From a virus (lineage: Duplodnaviria; Caudoviricetes), in the IMG/VR virus record IMGVR_UViG_3300020045_019005, positions 1 through 36,069 of that record: a stretch of 36,069 nt of DNA; one strand, written 5' to 3'. Made by a program: the position numbers and the translations under genes. Positions within the stretch are counted from its first letter, which is position 1; every line of letters starts with the position of its first letter. Shown here piece after piece: positions 10,315 to 18,790 of this stretch. The notes under the pieces were generated by a model. That model searched no databases, was not told where the DNA came from, and was given only the letters and a program-made list of their open reading frames with translations.

Positions 10315-10974
10315 ATGCCAAGAGATAAAGATTTTCTGAAAATTTTCTTGTTCGTGATTTTCGTCCTTGTACTTCAAGGGTGTGCCGTGAAATCCGATGG
10401 TACAAGAACATGGAATTTCGGTGGCGAAAACGGGGTGCAGGTAACAAGCGAAACAGTAGAGGGCTCTTCCCAGGATTTGGTGGAAGTCGAGAAGGAAAAA
10501 ACCCGGCAAAAATGCTTAGAAGAGAAATCTAAAGCCGATATTAAAATGTATGAGACAGCAAGCGCCGACCCAAGGGCAATAGCCGATATTAAAAACTCCG
10601 AATTGATCACCAATCTGGTATCTCTCGCAATTACTCGAAAACCATATGATCCTTGCCCAAGTTCAACAAATTCCGCCGATGTGGAAATTGCCGATGCTGC
10701 AATGTACACATCGATCTATAAAGATGCTTTCGCTTTAATTGGTAAGGGTCTTACTGGTTATTTTATTTGGCAAGGAACAACCAGTGTAATCGAATCGATT
10801 GCTGGAATGACTAGCTCAAGCGGTCAATCATTGACCCTCACGGGCAACGACAACACGGTACAGACTTCAGTTTTCAATCCATATACCGTTGGCGGAACTG
10901 GACAATGGTCCATAGATCCGGGCGGGATTTTTTCAGGCGGATCAACTGGAGCGACAACCACAACGACCAACTGA
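10315..10974 (+). CDS. Putative lipoprotein
   Basis: Basic N-terminus, hydrophobic stretch and lipobox LQGC. RBS GAGGGG upstream. Confidence 0.65.
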   Translation: MPRDKDFLKIFLFVIFVLVLQGCAVKSDGTRTWNFGGENGVQVTSETVEGSSQDLVEVEKEKTRQKCLEEKSKADIKMYETASADPRAIADIKNSELITNLVSLAITRKPYDPCPSSTNSADVEIADAAMYTSIYKDAFALIGKGLTGYFIWQGTTSVIESIAGMTSSSGQSLTLTGNDNTVQTSVFNPYTVGGTGQWSIDPGGIFSGGSTGATTTTTN

Positions 10975-11058
10975 AAAGGTGGCGAACAATGACATGTCCA
11001 AGATGTGGGCTACCCATAGGTTGTTGAGATTAATTCAAGCGGCTGGAGGTCGTGAGCA

Positions 11059-11283
11059 ATGTTGAATTTTCTGAAAGCATTAAAATTTGGTGAAGAACTA
11101 GCAAACCCCACCGCCTGGAAACTTGGGCAATTATCTGTCAATGCTGCTGTTGGTCTGACATTGTTGGCAATGGGGTATTTTGGGGCGCCTGTGGACATGA
11201 ACGGGCCTGTTGAACAGATTGTCACAGGGGTCGTCATTCTTCTCAACCTCTTCATAACTAAAGCTTCGTCCAAAAAGATATGA
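11059..11283 (+). CDS. Holin-like small membrane protein
   Basis: 74 aa with two hydrophobic segments and a basic C-terminus (KASSKKI). GGAGG RBS; lies downstream of the tail genes. Confidence 0.55.
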   Translation: MLNFLKALKFGEELANPTAWKLGQLSVNAAVGLTLLAMGYFGAPVDMNGPVEQIVTGVVILLNLFITKASSKKI

Positions 11284-11741
11284 GTGAGTCACACAACAGA
11301 CGATACTCGGATAATGAGATTGAGCGCCGCGAGTGCTCAGACTGTGCCGATCATACCGGCCATTCTGAGCAACTGAAAAAACACGAAGAGATGGTCAAAG
11401 TTATCCCTGAACTGATGACATTTATGAACACAGAAAAAGGCAAAGATTCGGCGTCAAGGTGGTTAATAGGTCTCTTTTTTTCTGTCCTTATTGCCGGTTT
11501 TGTATTTTTCGTTGTTGGGACAAAAGCGGATATTGTGGAAAAACAAACCGCAGTTAAGGAACAACAGGCGACCATACATCAACAAATTGATAAACTCATG
11601 AACCTTGTTAACCGTGTTGATAAAACTGTTGATTTGCTCAACAACAGATTCGAGATGCGAATGAACCAGGCAGATAAAGACAATGCTTCCAATGCCAAAA
11701 AAATATCAGAATTGGAAGCACGACATATTAAGACGCAATAA
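11280..11741 (+). CDS. Single-pass membrane protein with coiled coil (lysis-cluster associated)
   Basis: ATGA overlap with the holin-like gene. One TM segment (WLIGLFFSVLIAGFVFFVV) followed by a heptad-like C-terminus. Confidence 0.55.
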   Translation: MSESHNRRYSDNEIERRECSDCADHTGHSEQLKKHEEMVKVIPELMTFMNTEKGKDSASRWLIGLFFSVLIAGFVFFVVGTKADIVEKQTAVKEQQATIHQQIDKLMNLVNRVDKTVDLLNNRFEMRMNQADKDNASNAKKISELEARHIKTQ

Positions 11742-11808
11742 GGAAAAATAATAAAACGAGCAACATTATAGGCGCAATCAATAATTCAAGCAGCGTGATT
11801 TCAATCAT
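11728..11808 (-). CDS. 26-aa hydrophobic peptide MIEITLLELLIAPIMLLVLLFFLIAS
   Basis: Hand-translated. GGGAGG upstream; last ORF of the leftward operon, converging on 11280..11741. Confidence 0.45.
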   Translation of the reverse strand: MIEITLLELLIAPIMLLVLLFFLIAS

Positions 11809-11930
11809 TTCTTATTTTCCTCCCTTGTGGGAACATTAATACATGGTTCCCATTTCTTTGTTTTCGGATTCCAAATGTACCAAAGGTTGTTAATTTTTTT
11901 GTATTTTTTTCTGCTCGATAAACTTTCCAT
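11805..11930 (-). CDS. Possible 41-aa protein (MESLSSRKKY...WYIWNPKTKKWEPC...)
   Basis: Hand-translated. Fills the gap after the PAPS-reductase-like gene and its stop overlaps the next start (ATGA). GGAGG lies only 3 nt from the ATG. Confidence 0.3.
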   Translation of the reverse strand: MESLSSRKKYKKINNLWYIWNPKTKKWEPCINVPTREENKK

Positions 11931-13077
11931 AAGCCTCCGATTTTGGTTGTTGCATCCCAAGCCCTTTGCACCACCAATCGTTCCTCAACAATACTTTACA
12001 CAAGCGTCTCCAAGATGGAGCCCAATATTTTTTTTCCAATTCATAAGGTGCCTCATCGGGAATTTTATCATAACCTCGGCGTTTCCAACCTGCTATAAAT
12101 TTAACAAATCGCTCAATATAGTGATCTCTGGTAACTTTCGGCATGGTCCGTAACAAAAGCTTGCAGAACGATTGCCAGGTGTGCCCATCTGGTTTTATGA
12201 TTTTATTATAACCGTTTATATTTCCGGTTTCTTGAACATAGAGAGCCCCACTGTTTACTCCATTTACCCGAACAATGAGCTTATACCATGTTTCCGGTTC
12301 AAGAAGGTGATATAACCATAGCCCTCGACGTTGATCATCACCGTATGGTTGGCACAAGCGCATTTGTGAAGGTTTTACTCCAGCTTTATTCATTTGCTCA
12401 TATATCTTGTTGTATGGTTTTTCGGGATATTTTGAATGATATTTCCAAATATCCCCTGTGTTCCAATCGTAAATTGGGTAAAAATTGAAAAGGTTTTCCA
12501 AAACTTCAGTTGAATAACTCTTGTCTTCATATTTGGTTTTATATTTTGAAGCAATTGTCCTGAATCGATTCAAACTTTCATCACATCGAATACCAACAAG
12601 ACAGGCAGTCTTTTTACCATCACTATACCATTCCCCGAATAGAACAATAAATTCCTCAAATTCCATATCGTTTTTGTAAAAAGGAAAACTGGTATATACA
12701 TTCGGGTGTTTTGGTTTCTCTCTTACCCACAATTCTTTCTGATCTTCGTCCCAAGCGGTCCAAGTGGGTTGATAATTACTTACAGCATTCCGCAACTTCA
12801 TCGGAACACAAACCCAAAACACTTCAATATGATCTTTATAAATTTCTAACATTTCCTCAATATGAAAAATTGTGTGGGAATATTGGGCCTCTAAGTCTAT
12901 TATCAGTATTCCTATCTTTCTATTTCTTTTCTGTGCTTCTTCCATTGCTAAATGAAACATTACCGAACTATCTTTACCGCCAGAAAATGATAAATATATT
13001 GATTGAAACTCATCAAAAATAAATGAAATTCGTTCTCTTGCGGCAGATAAAACATTTTGATCGGTATATTTTTTCAT
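11890..13077 (-). CDS. PAPS-reductase-like PP-loop protein with DUF3440 (IbrA/YbdN family)
   Basis: PP-loop SFSGGKDS, IDLEAQY, GIRCDESLNR, YPIYDW, RLCQPYGDDQRRGL and PSWRRLCKVLLRNDWWCKGL. Confidence 0.9.
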   Translation of the reverse strand: MKKYTDQNVLSAARERISFIFDEFQSIYLSFSGGKDSSVMFHLAMEEAQKRNRKIGILIIDLEAQYSHTIFHIEEMLEIYKDHIEVFWVCVPMKLRNAVSNYQPTWTAWDEDQKELWVREKPKHPNVYTSFPFYKNDMEFEEFIVLFGEWYSDGKKTACLVGIRCDESLNRFRTIASKYKTKYEDKSYSTEVLENLFNFYPIYDWNTGDIWKYHSKYPEKPYNKIYEQMNKAGVKPSQMRLCQPYGDDQRRGLWLYHLLEPETWYKLIVRVNGVNSGALYVQETGNINGYNKIIKPDGHTWQSFCKLLLRTMPKVTRDHYIERFVKFIAGWKRRGYDKIPDEAPYELEKKYWAPSWRRLCKVLLRNDWWCKGLGMQQPKSEAYGKFIEQKKIQKN

Positions 13078-14177
13078 TAATATATATCCATTCTGACTTT
13101 TTCTATTTCAGTAACAATGGGAAAATTGTTTTTTGATAACCAGATGTTTAAATATTTCAAAGCTGTTTCGTCCGCTTGTTTTTTTTGACGTTCTGATAAG
13201 AGATTATAACCGTTTCTAAAATAGGAAGGAATTTTGTGATAATAACAAAGGGAGGCTTGACCTAACCAAGCGACCCTATTCATTGAATCATTTGTTAAAT
13301 AATGCTCACAGGAATATTTCCATTCCGATATCACTTTTTCTAGTGTTTTTTCAAATAATGGGATATCACAAAGAAAAGTAGCGTAACTTATTTCACAAGA
13401 TTCTTTTGTCATACCTTTTGGGGGGTGTGTCTCATAAAACCCGGCCTTGTAACATTCCCAATTATCGTATGTGTGCAGAATTCTCGTTTCTTTTGCTTCT
13501 TTATCTGGTTCTATATTTTCCTCGTTTAAGACAAAATCAATGTCGTCTTCTGACATAAAGTCTATGTCCCATGACTTTGAAAAACTTTCATCAGAAAACA
13601 ATTCTGTTAAACCGGATATTTGGCATAGTCGTAATACTTCATCCTGGTCCATACCTAACTCTTTTCCGATTTTTTTAGCGGACCAATTGCGTCTCTTTAA
13701 TTCTATGACAATTTCGCTCATAGAATCCACTTTGTGCTTACCTCTTGCTCTATTGTGTCGAATAGTAGATGCGATTCTGTCCGATCTCTCAGTATTCTCA
13801 GATTTTACATTTACAACCGGGAGATAACCAAAAACTCTATCCCTTACATCCGGGAATTCTTTGCAAACACGGGTTCTGTGAAAACCGTCTATTACTTCTC
13901 GCCTTCCGCTTTCTTCAACCCATGTTACAACGGGTTGTGTATACCCGTCATGGTTAATGGAATGTCTGAGTAATTCCATTTCTGGAGGGGCCACCGAATT
14001 TGGATTATAATCGTTAGCAAAAACATTATCTTCTTTTACCCACAATACGCAGTCAACGGGTTCATTTTTAAATGGTGACAAACTGTGCAAGAGAGCTTTT
14101 AAACTGTTTATCCTTTCAACTCTTTTATCTAGTTCAACGATTGAGATTATTTCCTGTATTATTAATATATCAATCAT
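13077..14177 (-). CDS. ParB/Srx-like protein (IbrB/YbdM family) fused to an extra C-terminal domain
   Basis: NDYNPNSVAPPEM, DGYTQPVV, IDGFHR, STIRHNRARGKH and an HTH-like segment, then about 135 aa (HTYDNWEC...NRVAWLGQA). ATG 14177 preferred over the ORF-track start 14288. Confidence 0.88.
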   Translation of the reverse strand: MIDILIIQEIISIVELDKRVERINSLKALLHSLSPFKNEPVDCVLWVKEDNVFANDYNPNSVAPPEMELLRHSINHDGYTQPVVTWVEESGRREVIDGFHRTRVCKEFPDVRDRVFGYLPVVNVKSENTERSDRIASTIRHNRARGKHKVDSMSEIVIELKRRNWSAKKIGKELGMDQDEVLRLCQISGLTELFSDESFSKSWDIDFMSEDDIDFVLNEENIEPDKEAKETRILHTYDNWECYKAGFYETHPPKGMTKESCEISYATFLCDIPLFEKTLEKVISEWKYSCEHYLTNDSMNRVAWLGQASLCYYHKIPSYFRNGYNLLSERQKKQADETALKYLNIWLSKNNFPIVTEIEKVRMDIY

Positions 14178-14245
14178 AGGGGTTGCCCGAAGAACAGAAT
14201 TATTAAGTAAAGTGCAATTATGGTCCGAAAGATAAATATTGTCAT
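14174..14245 (-). CDS. 23-aa hydrophobic peptide MTIFIFRTIIALYLIILFFGQPL
   Basis: ATGA overlaps at both ends (polymerase stop and ParB-like start). Confidence 0.5.
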   Translation of the reverse strand: MTIFIFRTIIALYLIILFFGQPL

Positions 14246-16005
14246 GATTTTTTCCCCTTGGTAAATGCGAGTAATTTTTTTGCTTCATTAATGTACCACA
14301 AATAATTCAAATTTGATAATTTACCGTTGAAAGTGTTGCACTCGGTTGCAAGATAACCGACATTGATACCAATTTTGCGCCATATTCCGGGATTTTTCGC
14401 CAATGGGGGCATGTGCTTGACAAGTGGTGCCCCATTCCTGCTGACATAGTATCGAGTGACGTTTTGCACTTGCCTATCCCCAAGCAAAAGTTTCGAGGAT
14501 CTGGGCACTTTGGTACACAAAAGAAAGTCCCAAGGATCCTTGTGGGTAGCTATGAACAATTCAAGGTCAGCGTCATCGAAAAGAACAGCTTTTACCGCTT
14601 TTGGTATGATGAGTGCCGAGTGATCTTTGTACCATTCCCGTTTAACTAGATATTCGCCTTTGTCTTTCACTTTTCCATCGGGATATTTAGCAATGTAGTT
14701 GTTCACATCCCTAATAAACATATGAGTATATTGTACTTCTTCAAGCTCCAATAAAGTAAATTCTTGCCACCATTTACAAATATCTCGAAATCTATTTAAT
14801 TGATCGGGAGGACATTGAACAGTAACCCCATCGGTATTTGCTTGGATAAGTCGTAAACCGGGAATATCAATTATTTGATCAATGAGCATGCATAAAAGGA
14901 GTTGCCCGTTTATGGTTATAGATAAAAATGCTTTTCTATCTCTCAGCCACCCATATTCCATACCCATTTGACCAAATGGGCCATTTAAAGAAAATTTTAA
15001 TGCCTTGTTTTCGGTTGTTCCTTTTTTAAAACTCAACCTTCTTTTTTTAATATCTGCCCAAACTTGACAAAATATAGTTCCCAAATGTTCAGGGTAGAAT
15101 TGATTTTGAATCGCTATTGATGGGTAATAGCTCACCACATCTACATCATAAATATTTCCGATTATCGCTTGTGATTTTACGCTTCCATGAATTCCGCCTT
15201 CCCCCAACCTTAATTTGAAATCACCTAAGCAAATATTGATATTTTGAGCGGTTTTAAATTGTTCCCTAATTGCTCTCAATTGTGGAGTTTTGAATTGAAT
15301 ATATGGTAAAATTACATTTGACAATGGAATGTGATTTTGTTCTGTTCCGTCAGGAAACCGTCTAGTACATCCGGGATTTGTTTTTTCTAATTCTTCTCGG
15401 AAATATTCAGTCCCAATTTTTACATCATTATAATTAACCCATCTTCTTCGATTTAATGATTCTCTAAATTTGATTTCGTTTTCCGAGAACTTTAAGAATT
15501 TCTCAGTTTCGAGAACATCATGAAGGTTGTATTTTAAAAGGATATCCATTTGTGGTTCGGTCAACCATGTGCCAGGCGGGAAAGGTAATTCTTGGATAGT
15601 GGTTGACCGCATTTTAAATTCAAGCGATTTGAGACTTGTTCGCTTTGCTTTATTGTCAAAATGGTGAATTTTGAAAAGGTCAAGCTGTGGGACATATTGG
15701 TTATCATCCCGAATGATATGAGCAAACTTGTCTTCGGAGTTGATCAATTGAGCACACTTGTCATATGCGAGTTCGGCACTTGCCCGGTTATTTATAACAA
15801 AATGTAAAAGTGGGTAGTCATACCTCAAATTGTTAAAACCCACCATCCTACCCTGATTGTTTCGTAAATAGGTCAGAAATTGGATAATCAAATCAATGTC
15901 ATTACGTCTATGGCTTATTTCAAATTGCCAAATAGATCCACCCTGTTTTACGGTCATGGTGAAAATATTCGGGAAACTTTCTAAGTCATAAACGTAATTG
16001 ATCAT
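14242..16005 (-). CDS. Family B DNA polymerase with 3'-5' exonuclease
   Basis: Exonuclease motifs YDLES, GFNNLRYD and YNLHDV. Polymerase motifs DVVSYYPS, KFSLNGPFG and NTDG. Confidence 0.92.
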   Translation of the reverse strand: MINYVYDLESFPNIFTMTVKQGGSIWQFEISHRRNDIDLIIQFLTYLRNNQGRMVGFNNLRYDYPLLHFVINNRASAELAYDKCAQLINSEDKFAHIIRDDNQYVPQLDLFKIHHFDNKAKRTSLKSLEFKMRSTTIQELPFPPGTWLTEPQMDILLKYNLHDVLETEKFLKFSENEIKFRESLNRRRWVNYNDVKIGTEYFREELEKTNPGCTRRFPDGTEQNHIPLSNVILPYIQFKTPQLRAIREQFKTAQNINICLGDFKLRLGEGGIHGSVKSQAIIGNIYDVDVVSYYPSIAIQNQFYPEHLGTIFCQVWADIKKRRLSFKKGTTENKALKFSLNGPFGQMGMEYGWLRDRKAFLSITINGQLLLCMLIDQIIDIPGLRLIQANTDGVTVQCPPDQLNRFRDICKWWQEFTLLELEEVQYTHMFIRDVNNYIAKYPDGKVKDKGEYLVKREWYKDHSALIIPKAVKAVLFDDADLELFIATHKDPWDFLLCTKVPRSSKLLLGDRQVQNVTRYYVSRNGAPLVKHMPPLAKNPGIWRKIGINVGYLATECNTFNGKLSNLNYLWYINEAKKLLAFTKGKKS

Positions 16006-16505
16006 GATTTTAGCCCCATTAATGCGATTTTATAATTAATTCCCGTAAAAATTATAGGTTGTGTTGAACCATATGTCCACAACTCGCAGTCGTCGGGCGA
16101 GAAGAAATTGATGGCCTTGACGATAATTGAAAGCTTTTGCATATCAACCATAACGCGAGTTGGTGAAGTATCGGAGAGTTGCCGGTCAAATATTGGTTTT
16201 TGGTTCGGAAAATCCTTTCTTGTTATTTTCGCGGAGGCGACTTTACCATCACTCAGAGCAAAATAAACCATATCACCGAATTTGCTCAAGCCGATAATAT
16301 CCCCCTCAATTTGCGGGATTTCGATTGTCAATTCGTCGTAAAATGAAATGGAAAGTTGAGCAAAATCCGCACAAATAATCATATGGCCGTCAGTAGCCGA
16401 CAATCTAATACCATCAGTACCGCGTGATTGAATGTGAATAATGTTATAATGGGGAACATCACCCATGAATAACTCAAGTATATTGAAAGTGCCGTTAGGT
16501 ATCAT
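16002..16505 (-). CDS. Sliding clamp (DNA pol III beta-like), short form
   Basis: ATDGH motif, DFP, and C-terminal IALM. ATGA-coupled to the polymerase. Confidence 0.6.
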   Translation of the reverse strand: MIPNGTFNILELFMGDVPHYNIIHIQSRGTDGIRLSATDGHMIICADFAQLSISFYDELTIEIPQIEGDIIGLSKFGDMVYFALSDGKVASAKITRKDFPNQKPIFDRQLSDTSPTRVMVDMQKLSIIVKAINFFSPDDCELWTYGSTQPIIFTGINYKIALMGLKS

Positions 16506-16865
16506 AATTTTATTACCCCAAATTTTTTGATTAACAAAACTAGGTCCAATTTGGAAGGTGTTGACATGGTAAAAATGAACATGGGGGTAGGTATTGTTCT
16601 GGGAATTTCATATCTCACATTGATAACAATATTATCTTCCGATATGAGTTGTTTAAGGCGAGTGAGAATTTTAATATATTTTGTGGCAATCCTTCGACTA
16701 TCGCCACTTTTGGCTCGGTATTGAGTACACCAAGTCCGAAAGGTGCTTGTAAATCGCCCCATGATGTAATGATATATTCACCGTGTTTTTCAGCTTCTTT
16801 TATTGCTCTTTTACTTTTTCCGGAACCATTGACGCCATGATTATTATTGGTTTTTTGGTATTCAT
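16502..16865 (-). pseudogene. Frameshifted small P-loop NTPase (SF3 helicase-like)
   Basis: Three frames join to MNTKKPII / HGVNGSGKS...KVAIVEGLPQ / KYIKILTRLKQLISEDNIVINVRY...PMFIFT...KKFGVIKL. Single-base shifts near 16840 and 16681. Confidence 0.65.
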
Positions 16866-16875
16866 TTCTTTCCCC

Positions 16876-16911
16876 AAAATAACGGGGCGCTGTGGTAGCC
16901 GCCCCTGATTA
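16876..16911 (-). terminator. Intrinsic terminator-like hairpin after the SSB gene
   Basis: Minus strand GGGGCGGCT-ACCAC-AGCGCCCC followed by GTTATTTT. Confidence 0.55.
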
Positions 16912-17727
16912 TTAAAGCATGTAGCCCTTTTGTCTCAAAAGATCATCAGTCCAACCTTGAGCAATCCAACTCTCATAAGGGATACCGTTTGCAGTTGGCA
17001 ACATTACTTTTGGGGTGAGGATTGCGGGGTACGGGGGCATACCGACCGCCCCAGGCATACCGACCGCCCCAGGTTGCTCAAGCAAAGCGCCTTTGGGGAG
17101 TTGTGGTGCAGGATCCGAGCCGAAAGTTGCCGCAGCATCGGGACCATCGCCGAGCACTATCAGCTGACCAGGGCGAGTAAGTTCAAAAAGTGTTGGACTC
17201 AAATACATGCCAGGGCTTTCCGAATCGGGACCATTACCCTTGACCTCAATGACTACCCGGCAATAATCACCTGGTTTGATTTCGGCAGGGTTTTGAATTT
17301 GTTCATGTGGGGCATATTTCCCCAAGTGGAAACATTTGACTGGACCCAATTGGGTAGCGCACTTGAGGATCCAATGGCCGGGGTATCCCTCACACTCTGC
17401 TGGTACTCTGCCGGGTTTCCCTTTGTAGGGTTTGCCGGGGGCTTTGCTATCACCATCGGTAATCTTCCAGGCAAATAGCGGTGATTGCCATTCGTTCATC
17501 TTCCAATCAGTCTGAGCCTGTTGCACAATCAATGCCCCCCAAGCGGTTTGATACCAAAAATCTTCGGCACCTTTTGGGATTGCCATGGCAATAAACGTTG
17601 TCGTGGAGGGTGTGACACCATCTTTCCAGAAAAGGGGTGCTTGTGTCTTCTTGTCCACATTACGAGTTGATTTCATCGGATGACCGCCAACCAAGCGGCA
17701 AACTCCCAATTCTTTAAAAATTTCCAT
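16912..17727 (-). CDS. Single-stranded DNA-binding / annealing protein (DUF2815-like)
   Basis: Follows the DUF2800-type gene. RLVGG, FAWKITDGD, IKPGDYCRV and GMYLSP motifs, a Pro-rich linker and a GWTDDLL tail. Confidence 0.7.
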   Translation of the reverse strand: MEIFKELGVCRLVGGHPMKSTRNVDKKTQAPLFWKDGVTPSTTTFIAMAIPKGAEDFWYQTAWGALIVQQAQTDWKMNEWQSPLFAWKITDGDSKAPGKPYKGKPGRVPAECEGYPGHWILKCATQLGPVKCFHLGKYAPHEQIQNPAEIKPGDYCRVVIEVKGNGPDSESPGMYLSPTLFELTRPGQLIVLGDGPDAAATFGSDPAPQLPKGALLEQPGAVGMPGAVGMPPYPAILTPKVMLPTANGIPYESWIAQGWTDDLLRQKGYML

Positions 17728-18788
17728 TATAATTCTCCGTTGTTGAAATATTTTGCTACTTTCTCAGGATCCGTTTTTGTGAGAACAATAGCGGGGGATG
17801 TACGTTCAGAAATCGACGCAACAAGGATTTCCGGCATGCCTTTTTTTATTGCCTGAATTGGTGTTAAAAGTTTTTCTGTAGCGATGTTCACACCGCACAT
17901 TTTCGAATATTGAAGGATTTCTTTATCGGGTTTTGACCATTTTGAGTTGCCTGGTTTGCCGGTTATGAGACTCCAGCCCGGCACTATACCGCCATTTCGG
18001 ATAATTCCGGCAATTTCGGCCTCACAAGAGGATAATCGGTTTTTTATTCGTTCGAAAGCGGATTTTAATAAATCCAGTTCGCGACCGGGGTTGACCTGTT
18101 GTTTGTTCAAAGGCATATTTGAAACATCGATTGCGTTTTGAGCTGCCTCAATATTTGCGGGACACGCCAACATTCCGGGACAATACCGGCAATGTGAACC
18201 ACTTGAAAGCTTTGGGTCAGGGTTATTCGCGGCATTATGCAACTGAGAGACTTTCTCGAAAAGCTCATGTGCCTTACCTATCCATTTTCGAATTGTTCCC
18301 TCGGGATGATAAGCACGGGGTTGAAATGTCCGAAATATGACGTTTGTTTCCGGTTTTAGCATGAGCAACACAAATATTCCCGCGAAATAACAAATGTGTT
18401 GCCACCAATCGAGTACTAAGACTCTACCCCATTTTAATTCATCAATATAAAGCGTATCGGACACGGAATCATAGCAATAATGGTCACATGTTCCAAAACA
18501 TTCTTGATGAATTGTGGGGATTGCTAAACGTTGTTCTTCATGATGGTTGTTAGAATAAGGGAGCTGTATTGAATTTATATAATCGGGCAATAAATCAATC
18601 ATTTCTTGAGTTATACCGTTGGGCAAAGGTTCATTTCTCAACATTGCGCAACAGTACTCATGGGCAACCCTGCCCTCTATTGTCTCGGGGCTATCCTCAT
18701 TGGGGTAATTCTCGCAAAATATTGGAGCCCCGTTACAATGTACCCATGTTGAGGAACCACTAGGGTTCCAATATTTTGCGTGTTCCAT
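17727..18788 (-). CDS. DUF2800-type PD-(D/E)XK / Cas4-like exonuclease
   Basis: PSGS..W..C, EGRVAH, FGTCD, IDELKWG, FQPR and GSHCRYCP....CP. Confidence 0.82.
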   Translation of the reverse strand: MEHAKYWNPSGSSTWVHCNGAPIFCENYPNEDSPETIEGRVAHEYCCAMLRNEPLPNGITQEMIDLLPDYINSIQLPYSNNHHEEQRLAIPTIHQECFGTCDHYCYDSVSDTLYIDELKWGRVLVLDWWQHICYFAGIFVLLMLKPETNVIFRTFQPRAYHPEGTIRKWIGKAHELFEKVSQLHNAANNPDPKLSSGSHCRYCPGMLACPANIEAAQNAIDVSNMPLNKQQVNPGRELDLLKSAFERIKNRLSSCEAEIAGIIRNGGIVPGWSLITGKPGNSKWSKPDKEILQYSKMCGVNIATEKLLTPIQAIKKGMPEILVASISERTSPAIVLTKTDPEKVAKYFNNGEL

Positions 18789-18790
18789 TA

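Noticed and set aside
14178-14288. N-terminal 37-aa extension of the ParB-like ORF in the track
   Set aside because: It overlaps the polymerase end, and the ATGA-coupled start at 14177 explains the region better.
17727-18788. Cas4-like nuclease as evidence of a CRISPR-Cas system
   Set aside because: It sits beside the SSB in the usual phage recombination/replication context, with no other cas genes or array.
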